From NCBI GenBank assembly GCA_028534125.1, contig CM052817.1, positions 22,198,001 through 22,262,000 on the forward strand: DNA of 64,000 bases, read 5' to 3'. The position numbers were made by a program, and so were the translations under genes. The notes beneath the pieces are model-generated. The model ran no database searches. It had not been told where the DNA came from and was given only the letters and a program-made list of their open reading frames with translations. Below, piece after piece: positions 39,376-52,594 of the stretch (positions within the stretch are counted from its first letter, which is position 1; every line of letters begins with the position of its first letter). The stretch is from Lama glama. Its lineage: Eukaryota.

Positions 39376-42300
39376 CCAAAAGTTAACACCTATCCTTCAC
39401 AAACAATTCCAAAAAATTGCAGAGAAAAGAATGCTCCTGAACTTATTCCACAAGGCCAGCATCATCCTGAAATCCAACACCAGATACAGCTATAACAAAA
39501 AAGATAATTACAGGCCAGTATCATTGATGAACATAGATGCAAAAATACTCAACAAAATATTAGCAAGCTGAATTACATTAAACAACACCTTAAAAGGATC
39601 ATATACCATGATCAAGTGGAATTTATCTCAGGGATACAAGGATGGTTCAATATCTACAAATAAATCATCACATTAACAAAGTGAAGAATTAAAAATCATA
39701 TGATCATCACAATAGATGCAGAAAAAACTATTGATAAAATTCAACATCCATTTATGATAAAAAGTCTCAACAAAGTAAGCATAGAGGGAACATATCAGAA
39801 TATAATAAGGGCCAGATATGATAAGTCCAGAGCTAGCATCATAATCAGTGGTGAAAAGCTGAAAACATTTTCTCTAAGATTAAGAACAAGACAAGAATGC
39901 CCACCTTCTTCACTTTTATTCAGCATAGTCTTGGAAATCATAGCCACAGCAGTCAGACAAGGAAAGAAATGAAAGGAATCCAAATTGTAAAGGAGTAAAT
40001 AAAACTGCCATTATTTGCAGACGACATGTTACCTATATAAAAAATCCTCCAACACCATCAAAAAAATATTTGAGATATAAATGAAGTCAATAGAATTACA
40101 GGATACAAAATTAATATACAGAAATCTGTTGTATGTCTATACATTAACAATGAACTCTCAAGAAGAGAAATTTAAAAAACAATCCCATTTAAAGTCACAT
40201 CAAAAATAATAAAATACCTAGGGGAAGAAAATTAAAGGGGTAAAAGACCTGCACTTGGAAAACTAAAGGACATGGATGAAAGAAATTGAAGATGACACAA
40301 ACAAATGAAAAGATATACCTTGTTCATGAGTTGGAAAAATTAATATTGTTAAAATGACCATACTACCTAACATGATCTACAAATTCAATGCAGTCCCTAT
40401 CAAGATACCAGTGACATTTTTCAAAGAACTAGAACAAATCATTTTAATTGTATGGAACACAAAAGACCCTAAATAGCCCATGCAATCTTGAGAATGAAGT
40501 ACAGAGCTGAAGGAATTATGCTCCCTGACCTCAGACTATACTGCAAAGCTACAGTAATCAAAACAGTATGGTACTTGCACAAAAACACACATAGACAAAT
40601 GAACAGAATAAAGAGCCCAGAAATGAATTCACACTTATATGTTTGACTAATCTATGACAAAGAAGGCAAGAATATACAATAGGGAAACCTATTTAATAAG
40701 TGGTGTTGGAAGACTACAGCTACATGTAAAACAATCCAATTGGACTACTCTCTCACTCCATGCACAAAGATAAATTCAAAATGGATTAAAGGCTTAAATG
40801 TAACACCTGGAACCATAAAACTTCTAGAGGAAAACATAGGCAGTACTCCCTTTGATATTAATCTTAGTGATTTTGGGTGGGAGGTTATGTCTCCTCAAGA
40901 GAGGGAGATGAAAGCGAAGGTAAATGAATGGGACTACAACAAACTAAAAAGCTTTTGTACAATGAGGGAAACTATCAACAAAATAAGAAGGAAACCTGAT
41001 GAATGGGAGAAGATATTTGCAAATGACAGGTCTGATAAGGGGTTAATATTCAGAATATACAAAGAATTCATACAACTCAACATCAAAAAAACAAACACCT
41101 CAATTAAAAAATGGGCAGAGGATCTAAATAGACATTTTTCCGAAGAAGACATAAAGATGGCAAATGAAAGTATGATCAACATTGCTAATCATCAGGGAAA
41201 TGCAAATCCAAATGACAATAAAATATCACCTCACACCTTTCAGAATGGCTATTATCAAAAAGACAATAATAACAAGTGTTGGTGAGGACGTAGAGAAAAG
41301 GAAACCCTCTGGCACTGTTGGTGGGGTGGGAATGTAAACTTGTATATTCACTATGGGAAACAGTATGGAGATTCTTCAAAAAATTAAAACTAGAACTACC
41401 ATATGATCCAGCTATTCCACTTCTGGGTATCTATCCAAGGAAAACAAAAACAGTTACTGGAAAAGACATCTGTATTCCTATGTTCATTGCAGCACCATTT
41501 GCAATAGCCAAGATATGGAAGCAAACCAAGTGCCCATCAATAGATGAATTAATAAAGAAGATGTGGTATATATACAGTGGAATATACTCAGCTATAAAAG
41601 AAATGAAATCTTGCCATTGTGACAACATAGATGGACCTAGAGGGTGTTATGCTGAGTGATATTAGTCAGACAGAAATACTGTATGATTTCGCTTAAATGT
41701 GGAATCTACAAAACGAAACAAATAAATAAATGTAACAAAACAGAAACAGTTACAGATACAGAGAATAAACAGGTGATTGCCAGAGGGGAGCATATGGAGG
41801 GAAATATCGATGTGAGAGAGAAAGAGGTACAAAGTTCCAGTTGCAAAACAAATGAGTCATGGGTGTGAAATATACAGTGTGGGTAATATAGTCAATAAGT
41901 ATGTATATCTTTGTATGGTGCCATGTCATAATTAGACTTATCATGGTGATCATTTTAAAATGTATAGAAATACCAAATCACCGTGTTGTGTAACAGGAAC
42001 TAACATAGTGTAGGTCAATCATATTTCGAAAACAAACAAACAAACAAACAAACTCATAGAAAAAAAGATCAGATTTGTGGTTACCAGAAGCAGGGGTTAC
42101 GGGGAGCAGGAATTTGATAAAGACTGTTAACAGGTACAAACTTCCAGTTATAGGATAAATAAGTACCAGGTATATAATGTACAACATGACAAATGTAATT
42201 AACACTGATGTATATTATATATGAAAGCAAGTTCTTAAGAGAATAAATCCTAAGAGTTCTCCTCACACACAGACACAAATTTTCTCTATTTCTTTAATTC

Positions 42301-42447
42301 TGTATCTGTGTGAGACAATGCATGCTCACTAAACTTACTGTGATAATTATTTCGTGATGTATGATAGTCAAATCATTATACTGTACACCTTAAATTTACA
42401 CAGTGTGCTTTATGTCAATTATGTCTCAATAAAACTGAAGGGGAAAA
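39376..42447 (+). mobile_element. 3.07-kb 5'-truncated LINE-1 (decayed ORF2 RT to C-terminus, plus a long 3'UTR)
   Basis: 13-bp TSD AAAAGGCATAGTG (39363-39375/42448-42460). ORF2 peptides [32 protein letters not shown] and LPYDPAIPLLGIYP. ttatttgcagacgacatg encodes the RT FADD motif. Confidence 0.96.
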
Positions 42448-42469
42448 AAAAGGCATAGTGACAATAGGC

Positions 42470-42845
42470 CAGTTTATTTATTAAAAACCTATCAGACACT
42501 CTTGTTATGTCCTGGGTGAATCAAGCAGTCTCTGACCTCAAAGAGTTTATACTTTACTGGAGAAGATATCATACAGAAATATATTACATTTCATATGTGG
42601 CATGAAATGAAACAAAGAATGCAGATAAAGATACTGATGGTTAATTTATTAATGTTTTTAATAAGGTAATGATTGAAGACATCTGTAAAGAGGTGACATT
42701 TGACCAGAGGATTGACAGAAGCAGGGGAAGGAGCAGTTTGAACATCTGGGGAAAGAGAGGAGTAAGTACAAAGTCCCTGACTTGTGAGAGCATGCTGGGT
42801 GCATCTAAGGAATGAGAAAGAAAAGAGGCAGGATGGATAGAGTTT
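42470..42845 (-). mobile_element. L2 relic
   Basis: ctgacctcaaagagtttatact and aagaggtgacatttgaccagag...caaagtccctga. Confidence 0.65.
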
Positions 42846-43458
42846 TGTCACAACTGAGTTTGCTATGTCTTTTGTCACAATGCCTGGGCTCTCATGAACA
42901 CAGTAAATAGCAAAAGCAAGTACAAGTACCTTCTCTTACTTGTACTGTTAAACAGTGCCCCAGCATGACATTGAAATGGACTTATACTCAAGTTTTGGAT
43001 ACCTTTTATTAACGATTATATACCACATGGAGCCACACTGTATAAAACATGATTTATGTTTTATTTTTTTAATGCAATAAAATATTTAATGTCTCTACTT
43101 TTAACTATTCATTTTGCAAAATTATTTTGACCTCAAATAGTTAGGGACTTCGAGGACAGGTAACTTGCAGGTGTTTTAAGAAGATAAAAAAACTTTAGTC
43201 TGAAATATTTAAGCAATGAATCATGATAGTCAAGTTAGCTTAAGAGGAATTTCAGGCAGATTCAAGCCATGCATGTATCTGTGGTCAACAGACATAAAAT
43301 GTAGAAATTTGGGCCAAGAAAAGACAAATCAAACACTGATGCTATGAAAAAAACAAAGAAATAAATGTCTTGAACATAATGACAAAGAACAACACATCAT
43401 GCTATTCATGTTAAGTAATATCTGATAGAAGATACAAAAAAGTATTTTTCAGTCACCA

Positions 43459-43515
43459 ACACACACACACACACACACACACATACACACACACAAACCA
43501 TGCACACATGCACAT
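43459..43515 (+). repeat. Imperfect (CA)n microsatellite
   Basis: Directly visible. Confidence 0.93.
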
Positions 43516-44369
43516 ATTAGCAACAGTGATCTTAAATCAAGGCGAACATTTGCTTCATTTACCATGCTTTTTCTCCTCTTCAAAATGTCCATTTTTATTT
43601 TACCTAGTCACCTATATGGAAAACTCAGGAAAAACACCATAAGTAAATAACAGTCACTTCATTAAATCCATGAGAACAACTCTTAAAATTTATGATAGAT
43701 TAACAATGTGAAAAAAAAACAACTAGGCAATATTCGTAACAATCTTCATGCATTATACATATGTCCAGTTTTCAGCAGATAATATAAAAATTATCATTTG
43801 AAATGTAAATCTCATAGAAATCTTTAACTGGATGAAATATATATATATATATTTGTTTCATCTAATAAATAGTAAGACAAAAAGCACCCCAAAGAATATT
43901 CTGGTAAACAGGAAGAAAATACATTCTTATTGACATGTGGAAAGTTCCTACATGTGAATTTCTATGTGTGAAGAGCTAAGAAGCTAACACTTCGCAATAA
44001 GAGAGAAGCTAGGGGAATTCTCCTGAAGTTATATTTGAATATCATGCACAACATTTTCACTTAGATTAATTTAATTGGCTTGGGAATGGATGGATGATAC
44101 GGATGTGAAAGGACTAAATTTTCCCACATCCAGAGCCACCTCCAGAGCCGCCCTTTGGCAGCACCATTTTGCTAGACACATAAATCAAATGGCATTACAT
44201 GGCATACATTTATAATAAAGAGATGAAAACCTGGCTTCTGTTTTCTAGAAGCTTAGTAACTTTGAGTAAAATAGAGAATTTCAAAATAACATGAAAATTT
44301 CTCAATTGTAAAAATGCAAAGTGTACAATAGCTTCAAACCAGATGCCCTGTGATATAAGGGAAGCCTTT

Positions 44370-46125
44370 ATTTTTAGTATTTCTCTTCTGATTTTTCTCT
44401 GTTGCTCATTCTTCTGTTTCTCTTTGCAGATATTTAGACATTTTTTAGGATTTCATCCTGATTTGTTTATAGTGTTTTTTAGTATATTGCTTTATATAAA
44501 TGTCTTAGTATTTACTCTAGGTATTAAAAATACACATATGTAACTTATCACTGTCAGCTGGTATTGAAGCTTTGCCAGTTCACATGAAATGTCCATTAGG
44601 CTCCTTTACCCTCCCCCTTTTCAAAGTGTAGTTCTTAAATAATTTGTCTGTATTCATTGTGCACCACATCTGATAATGTTATAATCGTTGCTTCATCCTT
44701 CAAATATGGCTTATAAAATGCATGAGAATTAAAATTGTCTATTATATGTACTTCTGCTTTTACTCATTATATTTTTTTCTTTCTGAAATTTCAAGCATTC
44801 TTCTATTATTACTTTCTTTTTTTAAAGAGAACTCTTAAAGATGGTTGGTTAAAAGAACTTTTAACCATTCTTAAGGTTAATTTTGCTGAAACAGTTCTCT
44901 TCTTTTACTTCATCTGACAATAGCTCTATCTTCCCTTCATTCCTAAAGAATATTTTCACTAGATATAGGATTTCTGGTTGACAGTTCTTTTCTTTTAGTT
45001 GAAAACTATTGAGTCATGTCCTCCTGGCCTTGATGGTATCAGATGAGACACCTGCTGTCATTTAAATTGGTGTTCCTCTGCAAGTAATGCATTGTTTCTT
45101 TCTGGATGCTTCCAGACTTTTCTTTCTCTTTAGATTTCAGAAGTTTAATTATGAGGTGTCTTGGTGTGGATTTCTTTTGTGGGTTTATGGCTTCCAACCA
45201 ATTTGGGAAGTTTTCAGCAATTATTTCTTTGAATACTTTTTTGACCCCCTGCTCTTTCTTTTCCTCCTGTGTTTCCAATGATATGAATGTTAGCTCTTTT
45301 GTAACTGTCACACAGGCCCCTAGCATTTTCCAGTTCTGTAATTTCCATGTGGTTCTTTTTCTAAATTATATTTCTTTACTGATATTTTCCATTTTGGGGG
45401 TTTGTTTTAAAAGAATTCCTATTTGATTGTTAAAGCATTTTCATGATGGCTGCTGAAAAATACTTGTCAAAACAATGCAATGTTATTTGGAGGAGGAGCC
45501 TTTGGGGGTAACTAGGCCATAAGGGTGGAGCCCTCATGATTTAATTAGTGCCCTTATGAAAACAGACACCAGAGAGCTTCTTCTCTCTCTGCTCTCTGCC
45601 ATGTGAGGACACAGCAAGAAGATGGCTATCTACAAACTCGTAAGGGGGTCCTCACCTGAACCCCACCATACTGGTGCTCTGATCTTGAATTTCCCAGCTT
45701 CCAGAACTGTCAAGAAATAAATTTCTGTTGTTTAAGCACCCAGTCTATGATAATTTGTTATAGTTGCCTGGAATAAGTCAGTTGAGTATGGACAAACTTT
45801 TTCTGTCATTAAGCCAGATTGTCCCCTGTCTTTTGGCTGAGAAAATAAGCTCAACTTAAGCTTTTGGTTTTCTGTTTTTCTCAACTTATTGGTGATTTTA
45901 GGTTGGGGGTTTCTCCAGCATTTCATTCAGAATATATAGGATAAAATAAGGAAATTCAGAGGTCTCACCACTGCCTTGTTCCTCAAATTCCAAGGTCCAT
46001 AGGCAATCTGACTTCTTCCCACCTTTGATGTTTTTCTATGCTTGTTTCTGTGTTGTGTCAAGAGATTTTTAGTTATGAGATGGAGGACCTGAGAGATATG
46101 AGATCACTCTATCTTGACAAGACTT
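44370..46125 (-). mobile_element. Old LINE-1 5'/ORF1 region, interrupted by MLT1A
   Basis: ORF 45039..45326 reads FKEIIAENFPN...STPRHLIIKLLK, an L1 ORF1p signature. Confidence 0.78.
45472..45780 (+). mobile_element. MLT1A-type MaLR LTR (5' part missing)
   Basis: gggtggagccctcatga...gccatgtgaggacacagcaagaagatggc...aataaatttctgttgtttaagc. Confidence 0.88.
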
Positions 46126-46167
46126 CAGTTTTTTAAAACAGCTATCTATTAAACAATAGTACCCTCT

Positions 46168-46680
46168 CTTTTTTTAATTGAAGTATAGTCAATTTACAAT
46201 GTGTCAATTTCTGATGTACAGCATAATGTTTCAGTCATACATATACATACATTTATTTTTATATTCTTTTTCATTATAGATTACTATGAGATATTGAATA
46301 TAGTTCCCTGTGCTATACAGAAGAAACTTGTTTTTATTTTATATATACTAGTTAATATTTGCAAATTTCAAACTCTTAATTGATCCCTTACTACCCTCCT
46401 TTCCCACTGGTAACCATGAGATTGTTTACTATGTCTGTGAGTCTATTTCTGTTCTGTAGATAAGTTCATTAGTGTCTTCTTTTTTTTCTGTTCTTAGATT
46501 CCACGTATGAGTGATATCATATGATATTATTCTTTCTCTTTCTGGCTTACTTCACTTAGAATGACAAATCTCTAGGTCCATCCATGCTACTGCAAATGGC
46601 ATTACTTTATCATTTTTATGGCTGAGTAATATTCCATTGTATAAATATACTACAACTTCTTTACCCAGTCATCTGTCATG
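46168..46680 (-). mobile_element. Short young LINE-1 3' end, same type as 11332-12681
   Basis: Poly-T followed by ttgaagtatagtcaatttacaat...gcataatgtttcagtcatacat, closely similar to 11355-11860. Confidence 0.92.
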
Positions 46681-46784
46681 GGATCAAAGGAAGAGTGAGT
46701 GTTTTCAAACTCAATATCATAGATGACATCCAAACAGAGACATAGCATTTTTAAAAACATAAAGGGAATAAATACAATTGTGTG

Positions 46785-47290
46785 TCAGGAGGTCTTTTAG
46801 AATCATGGTGGCAGAGCAGCACAGTTACCCAGGAGGCTGTGGAAGTAAGCAGGAGCCACGTCAGTAAGAGCCTTACATGCTCAGATTAAGATTTTGAATT
46901 TCTTGCTTTGTGGATGGTAATCTCTGGAGTGAAGGTTTTAGTTTTGTAATACAATTAGTTTTACATTCTAGAGAGGTAAGTTTCATTGTGATGTGGATTA
47001 TGCACCAGAGTCAAAGAAGTCAAGAGGCAAAAATATCTGATGGTAAGATATCGGGATGTTGGAAGGAACAGACTTAAAAACAGTATGAGTTTAAGATATA
47101 GTCAGGAAGAAAAATCAAGAAATTAAGTTGTGGAGGGCTGGAAGAGTGAATTTTGGGAAATGAGGGAGGGAGAAGACTTAAGGATGCCTTCAATATTTCT
47201 GGCTTACTGGGTTTGGCAGGATGGCTTAACTGGCATCACAAACACAGGACAGGTATCATATGAGGGGACTAGTAATGAAGAGATTAATTT
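46785..47290 (-). mobile_element. L2 relic (approximate)
   Basis: gagccttacatgctcagattaagattttgaattt and aaggatgcc...tttctggctt. Confidence 0.5.
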
Positions 47291-47853
47291 AAGGTGCAAA
47301 TTACTTTTCAACTTCTATATATTAGCAAGTCATATCTTTCTCACAAAGTTTTATCTCATCTGCTCAGGTCTAAATTCTGAAACATGAAGTCCTAGCCTTG
47401 GTCGTCTTCCACACTTGTTACTTCTAGTTCTTCTACCTTAATATCAACCCTCGTTGCCTCTTCATGGTCTATTAAAATAACTTCATATCTCCTCTCTGTG
47501 TAGGCTCCCATCACCATGCTTCTGCCCTCAAAGTCTGCTTTCTAAAGACACTGGGTCACCTTCCCTTCCTGCAAAATATTTTCTATAGATCCTCAGTATA
47601 CACAGATTATACTACACGTTTCTCGTTCTTTTTGATTTTTAGAAACATTTATTATTGGAAAATATTGAAGTATGCACATCAGGCTGTTAACCTCAGTTTC
47701 CTCACATGGAATTAAATGAAAGAGATAGAAGGAGGCCAAGATCATTACTGCTCATTTTGAATTGTGTCATTTGTTACAAGAGGGATGCACTACTTTGGCA
47801 GTGATATGATAAAAGAATTAAAAGAAACTGCTGGGACTTGTTTTCCATTCCAG

Positions 47854-48345
47854 TAGTCACCTAATGTCATAATAATGCTGCAACAACCACCAAACCTCAG
47901 TAAAATATAACAACAAACTTTTACTGAGCTTGTGAATCTGCAGTCCAGCCAATGAGTTAGTCCAGGCAGTTCTTATGATGGCTGGGCTCTTTCACACATA
48001 TGGCATTGGCCACAGGTCTACTCATTTAGAATGATTTCAACTGAGATGACAGGAAAGGCTCATCCCTGCTCCACATAATGCATCCCACAGGTCAGTCCAA
48101 GACAACCTGTTCTCACAACAGAGTCTGAGGAATAAGACTGCATGCAGAAATAGAAAAGTGTCTTCTCTTGCATCTGTTTATTTATATTTGCTAACATCCT
48201 GCTTGTCACTAAATTCACAAAGATGAGCCTGGAATCCCAAGAATGAAGCAGAACATGCCACACAATATTGCAGAGTTACATGGCAAAGATACAAGGGGAG
48301 GGGAAAAATTGAAGGCAGGCAGTCAACGTGGAAGAACCACATAAT
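47854..48345 (-). mobile_element. MLT1 (G/H-like) MaLR LTR
   Basis: ataatgctgcaacaaccaccaaacctcagt...tttgctaacatcc...gagttacatggcaaag. Confidence 0.7.
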
Positions 48346-48369
48346 GTATTATGCATTGGGACTTCTGTA

Positions 48370-48870
48370 TTTTATTTATTCATCAGACAGGTATGCATTC
48401 ATCCTTAGTTCTAGGTGTTATGAGTTCAGCAATGGTTAAAATAAAATTCCAGTCCTTACTTCCTGGTGAAATAGAGGACCAGTAATAAGTAAAATACATA
48501 TACATTCAAATTTAAGGAGTGATATGAGCAATTAACCTGGGTAAGGGGATACAGATGGGTGGATTGAGTAGGTGGTCAGAACAAGATTTCTGGGGGAGTG
48601 AAACACAAAGACTGAAGTGAAGAATTAGAGTAAGGCAATGCAAAGGTTTGGGGAACGTGTCTTCCAGACAGATGGAAGAACATGTGTGAGGCATCTGGGG
48701 TGAGAACAAGAATGGGAGTCTTTTCCAACCTTAGCAAGTCAGTCCGCCTGGAGTGCAGGGAGTGAGGAAGGCGGTGGGGGTAGTGAGGACAAGAGGGCTG
48801 GTGAGGTCACATTACTGGGGCTCTAGAGCCTGGGAGGAGGAGGAGTACAGACTTATTGAGAGCATGTTAA
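48370..48870 (-). mobile_element. L2 relic
   Basis: tttatttattcatcagaca...gttctaggtg, caaagactgaagtga and gaacatgtgtgaggc. Confidence 0.65.
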
Positions 48871-48875
48871 GAAGT

Positions 48876-49371
48876 TGAAGGCAAGCAAATATGTCACCCC
48901 AAAATATGTCACTTTGGCATACTGATTATTTTGAATGAAAGTTACTTGAGAAACAGCCACACAAGAAGTACATTCTGATCCTTCTTGGTCCCCCTGAAAG
49001 CAGGAAATGAATCTCCCATGTGAAAGGTCCTTCCTTATACTAAGAGGAAGAGACATCTTTATCAACAAAGAGAGGGAATTTAAGGCCAAAAAAGGCTATG
49101 TAAACACACCTTATTATTTCCACACTAATTTACTACCTGAAGGTGAAACGTCTTCATCTTACCAATTCTTCACAAATAATTGTTTCTTTGTCTGGAAGGT
49201 ATAAAAGCTGCCTACTCTGGTCACTTCTTTGAGTCTCAGATTTTAATGGGACTCCCATATGTATGAAATCAAATTTTTTTTCTCTTGTTAATAGCTGTTT
49301 TATGTCAATTTAATTATTAGACCATCCAAAGAACCTAGAAAGAAAAAAGGGAAAAGTATTCCTTGTCTACG
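48876..49371 (+). mobile_element. Solo ERV1 LTR (MER34/MER39-like)
   Basis: aatatgtcaccccaaaatatgtcactttggcatactgattattttga start, TATAAAAG at ~49200, near-TSD AAGT/AAGC. Confidence 0.85.
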
Positions 49372-50689
49372 AAGCCATTTGAACTTTGAAAGTAATGCAA
49401 ATATAAATTTTTATAAGATAACTCTAGGAGTGCATGTTATTTATCCTTTACCAGATATAAAAGATACAGAATTATCTTCATTTTACACTTGGGAAAACTG
49501 AGGCCCAAATATGTTAACATAATTTTTTATTAGAGAGTTCTCACAGTCCATTCTGAATTAATAGTCAATGTGATTTTAAAATGCCAAGAAGTAGGTTTTA
49601 AAATAAGTAACGAAATATATTTCATCATTCTTAAAGAATGCTATTATTAGAGTGGACAGAGAAGAGGGAAAAGTTTTATAATAATATATAGGATGATGTA
49701 TCTAGGAACTGAAATCATATGAGTTGAGTACTTGTTTAATCAAAATGCACTGAACATAAAGCATTCACTGTGTATTACAATGCTGTTGACAAGCCATGAA
49801 AGATTCTCTCATGATTTCTATAGGTGGACAGGTTGATTTGGCAGATATATAAACTAGGTGTCCTCTAAAAATTGTGGCAAAGATTAAATGATTTGACAGT
49901 GGAGTACAAGAAAATTTTACTTTTGAAAGTCTTATAAATCTGAAAGTATTTTCAATAATCCAACTTCGGGCAATAATAAAGAAGAAGTAGAGAAATACAT
50001 AGCAAATAATAAATTACCTTAATGTATAAAGGAGGATGACCATAGAACATTCTACCTCTTATGAAAGATTATGGTATTTAGGGCCAGACTGAATTTTGAT
50101 AAATAATATGATCAACTGTTCCTGCTTCCTGAAAGAATTTGAAACAATCCAGATTGATTAACAGGATACTCTCTTCAGTCAGCACTAATGAATTCTGACT
50201 CTATGCCCATTTTTGCATTAGGAAAAAAAAATCACAAATGTTTTAGTCAATCTACAACTGAGCATAGGCCTTGAACAGTAGATTCTCCCACTGATATCCT
50301 AGATTATGGCGCCTTAACTCTGACAGTATTAAAAACAAAGGCCTTCTTGGGGAGTGATGGGAATGTCAGCTATCTTGATTGTGTGTGATTTCACAGGTGT
50401 ATGAACAAGTAAATAATAACTTAAAAGAAAGAAACAAGTAAGGCCTTGATACTGTTACAGCTCCAGTCCTGCACTTTGAACGGCGTTCTGTATTCTAATT
50501 CCAAAATGGTCAGCTTGGTGGGAACCCTTCACTCCACATCCTGTCTGGTCTGCAGGCTAAAAACTTGGCCTACACGGTGCTGAGAGAAAGGAACTGTTGT
50601 CGAGACCTTACGTTTTCTTAAGATCTTCATATTTTTGCCACGTTTCCCTGATGTGTTAAATCTAGTGGTTGAAAGGAAGAAGCGTCTTG

Positions 50690-51297
50690 TGTCTCAGAGC
50701 CCTGCAGGTCGGCTGGACTCAGCTCTGCAGTCCTTCTGCTGGTCTCACTTGGTGTCTCAGGCAATGGCGCTCAGCTGTGACAATGAGGGTTAAACATGAA
50801 GAATTTAATGGCAGCAGCAGCAGGGCAGTTGACCAAGTGCAGCACTCATCGAGGTGCAGGCCCTTCTAAGCACCTGGCCTTGTGGGACTACACAGATCGA
50901 ATGCCCATGAAACCGACCCCGGATGTTGGCGAAGGCTGGCGTTGTCTTTAGGCTTAAAGACAATGGGATGCTAGGACGGCTGAACCTCATTCACTCCCTC
51001 TCCATGTAGTCCAGGGCTTCTCTTCCCCACCTGGCCTCTACACATGGTCTGTCCATGTGGTCTTTCCAGCAAGATCAAAGGACTTCTCACGTGGCAACTC
51101 AGGGCTTCCAGTGACATGCATTCAAAGGGAGAAGATGAGGAAGCTCCGAGGTTTCTTAATAGCAAGTGCCAGGATTATTACTGTTACTGTGTTCAGTTGG
51201 TTAATGCAGTCATAGACCAACCCAACGTCATTTCAAGGGCATGCACACCAGATGGCACGGTCCATTGGGGGCCATATGTGGGAGAATAGCTATCATA
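50690..51297 (-). mobile_element. MLT1 (H-like) MaLR LTR
   Basis: ggctggactcagct, ctctccatgtagt, ggacttctcacgtggcaactcagggcttcc and cattgggggccat. Confidence 0.65.
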
Positions 51298-51319
51298 CTT
51301 ATTTAGTCCATCACAAGGG

Positions 51320-51570
51320 TTATTTCCTGACTTCTTTCAGATATAGATGCAATGTTACCTGCTCTGCAACAGTCTTTGGTCATCCTAACTAAAATGGTCT
51401 CCCCTCCCCAACATGTTATGTCCATAATCAGATAGATATTTGTCTCACTGGAATATTTTCTTCATGAGAGTAAAAACTTTGTCTTGTCTACTGCTGAATA
51501 CCCAGTGCCTGGAAGACTGCCTTGCGTAAAATAAGTAATTAAACATTTGTTAAAGAATTAATCAATAAAT
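51320..51570 (+). mobile_element. L2 3' end relic
   Basis: tttgtcttgtctactgctgaatacccagtgcctggaagactgcct...aaacatttgttaaagaatta. Confidence 0.7.
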
Positions 51571-51617
51571 CTTACATATCAGAAACCACATGTATATATG
51601 TGTACATATGTATATAT

Positions 51618-51707
51618 CTCTGTCTACCTATTTATCTATCATCTATCTTCTTTCTTTCTATCTATCTGTCTGTCTATCTATCCATCTATCTATCATCTAT
51701 CTATCTC
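51618..51707 (+). repeat. Imperfect (TCTA/TCTG)n tetranucleotide repeat
   Basis: Directly visible. Confidence 0.85.
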
Positions 51708-52575
51708 TAATTACCACTTGGAAAATGTAGGTAAAATAATTTGGGTTTCATTATAGTAGGTGATAGTAGTGGAGATGGTCTGTAGGGTAGGAGTGTATTC
51801 AAGAAAAGTATTCAGTTTAGATAGCTGAATCTGATTTTGCATATTTTTAGGTCTGTGCAGTGGCTTACACTCTGGGTAGCTATGCCAAACATGATCATAA
51901 AGATGGCTTTCTGATTTGGTTTATTATCATGTACATAAACAGGCTCTTTCTTGCTTTTACATAACAAATTCTTCCATTATACGATGAAAGGGTCTGGTTT
52001 CTCTGTGTATTTCTTTGTAGTGGTCACAATGTTGACTCTGACTGTTGGAAAGACAGCAATATACAGAGTTAAAGGGAACAAGTGCCTTTGATGGCAATAC
52101 ATAAATACTTGTAATCTTCCTCCTCTGCAGGCCAGTGGTGTAAAGAGGCTATTAATAAACAAGTTTATTTAGAAGGACATTAGAAAATCAGCATAGGGAA
52201 GATGAGAGCGTTGCTTTCCCTATCTCCCAGGGAGAACAAATAAGTAGAAAAATTATAGCGAAAAAGCCAAGAGCGCACATGAGCACGTTTATGCAGTTCA
52301 CATACGTGCATCTATCCTAAAGATATCTGTAGACATGACTGTGTCCCTGGACTCAGCATTACTCAGGGATGTTAATTTCCTAAGAGTCATAGCTTAATTG
52401 ACATGCTACATTTGGCTCTTTGCATTCATTTATTTGCTTAGTCTAACTCAGACTAATTATTTGACTAAGCAAGCAAGAGGTTGTTTTCAATCAGTCTGTA
52501 CCAAGTGTCTAATACTGTCTTTGAGTGAGGGTTGTTTCAAATATCATGAGGCAGATTCTGAAACAGGTTAGTACT

Positions 52576-52594
52576 AAAAAAAAAAAAAAAAAAA
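52576..52594 (+). repeat. Poly(A) run (19 nt)
   Basis: Directly visible. Confidence 0.9.

Noticed and set aside
39700..41659. L1 ORF2 fragments as a functional reverse transcriptase gene
   Set aside because: Many stops and frameshifts, and the element is 5'-truncated.
42919..42946. Perfect 10-bp hairpin AGTACAAGTA/TACTTGTACT
   Set aside because: About one such stem is expected by chance in 64 kb of AT-rich DNA, and it is too short for a miRNA precursor.
21417..49371. Two same-strand MER34-like LTRs as a provirus
   Set aside because: They are 27 kb apart, diverged, have separate near-TSDs, and show no PBS or internal ERV sequence.
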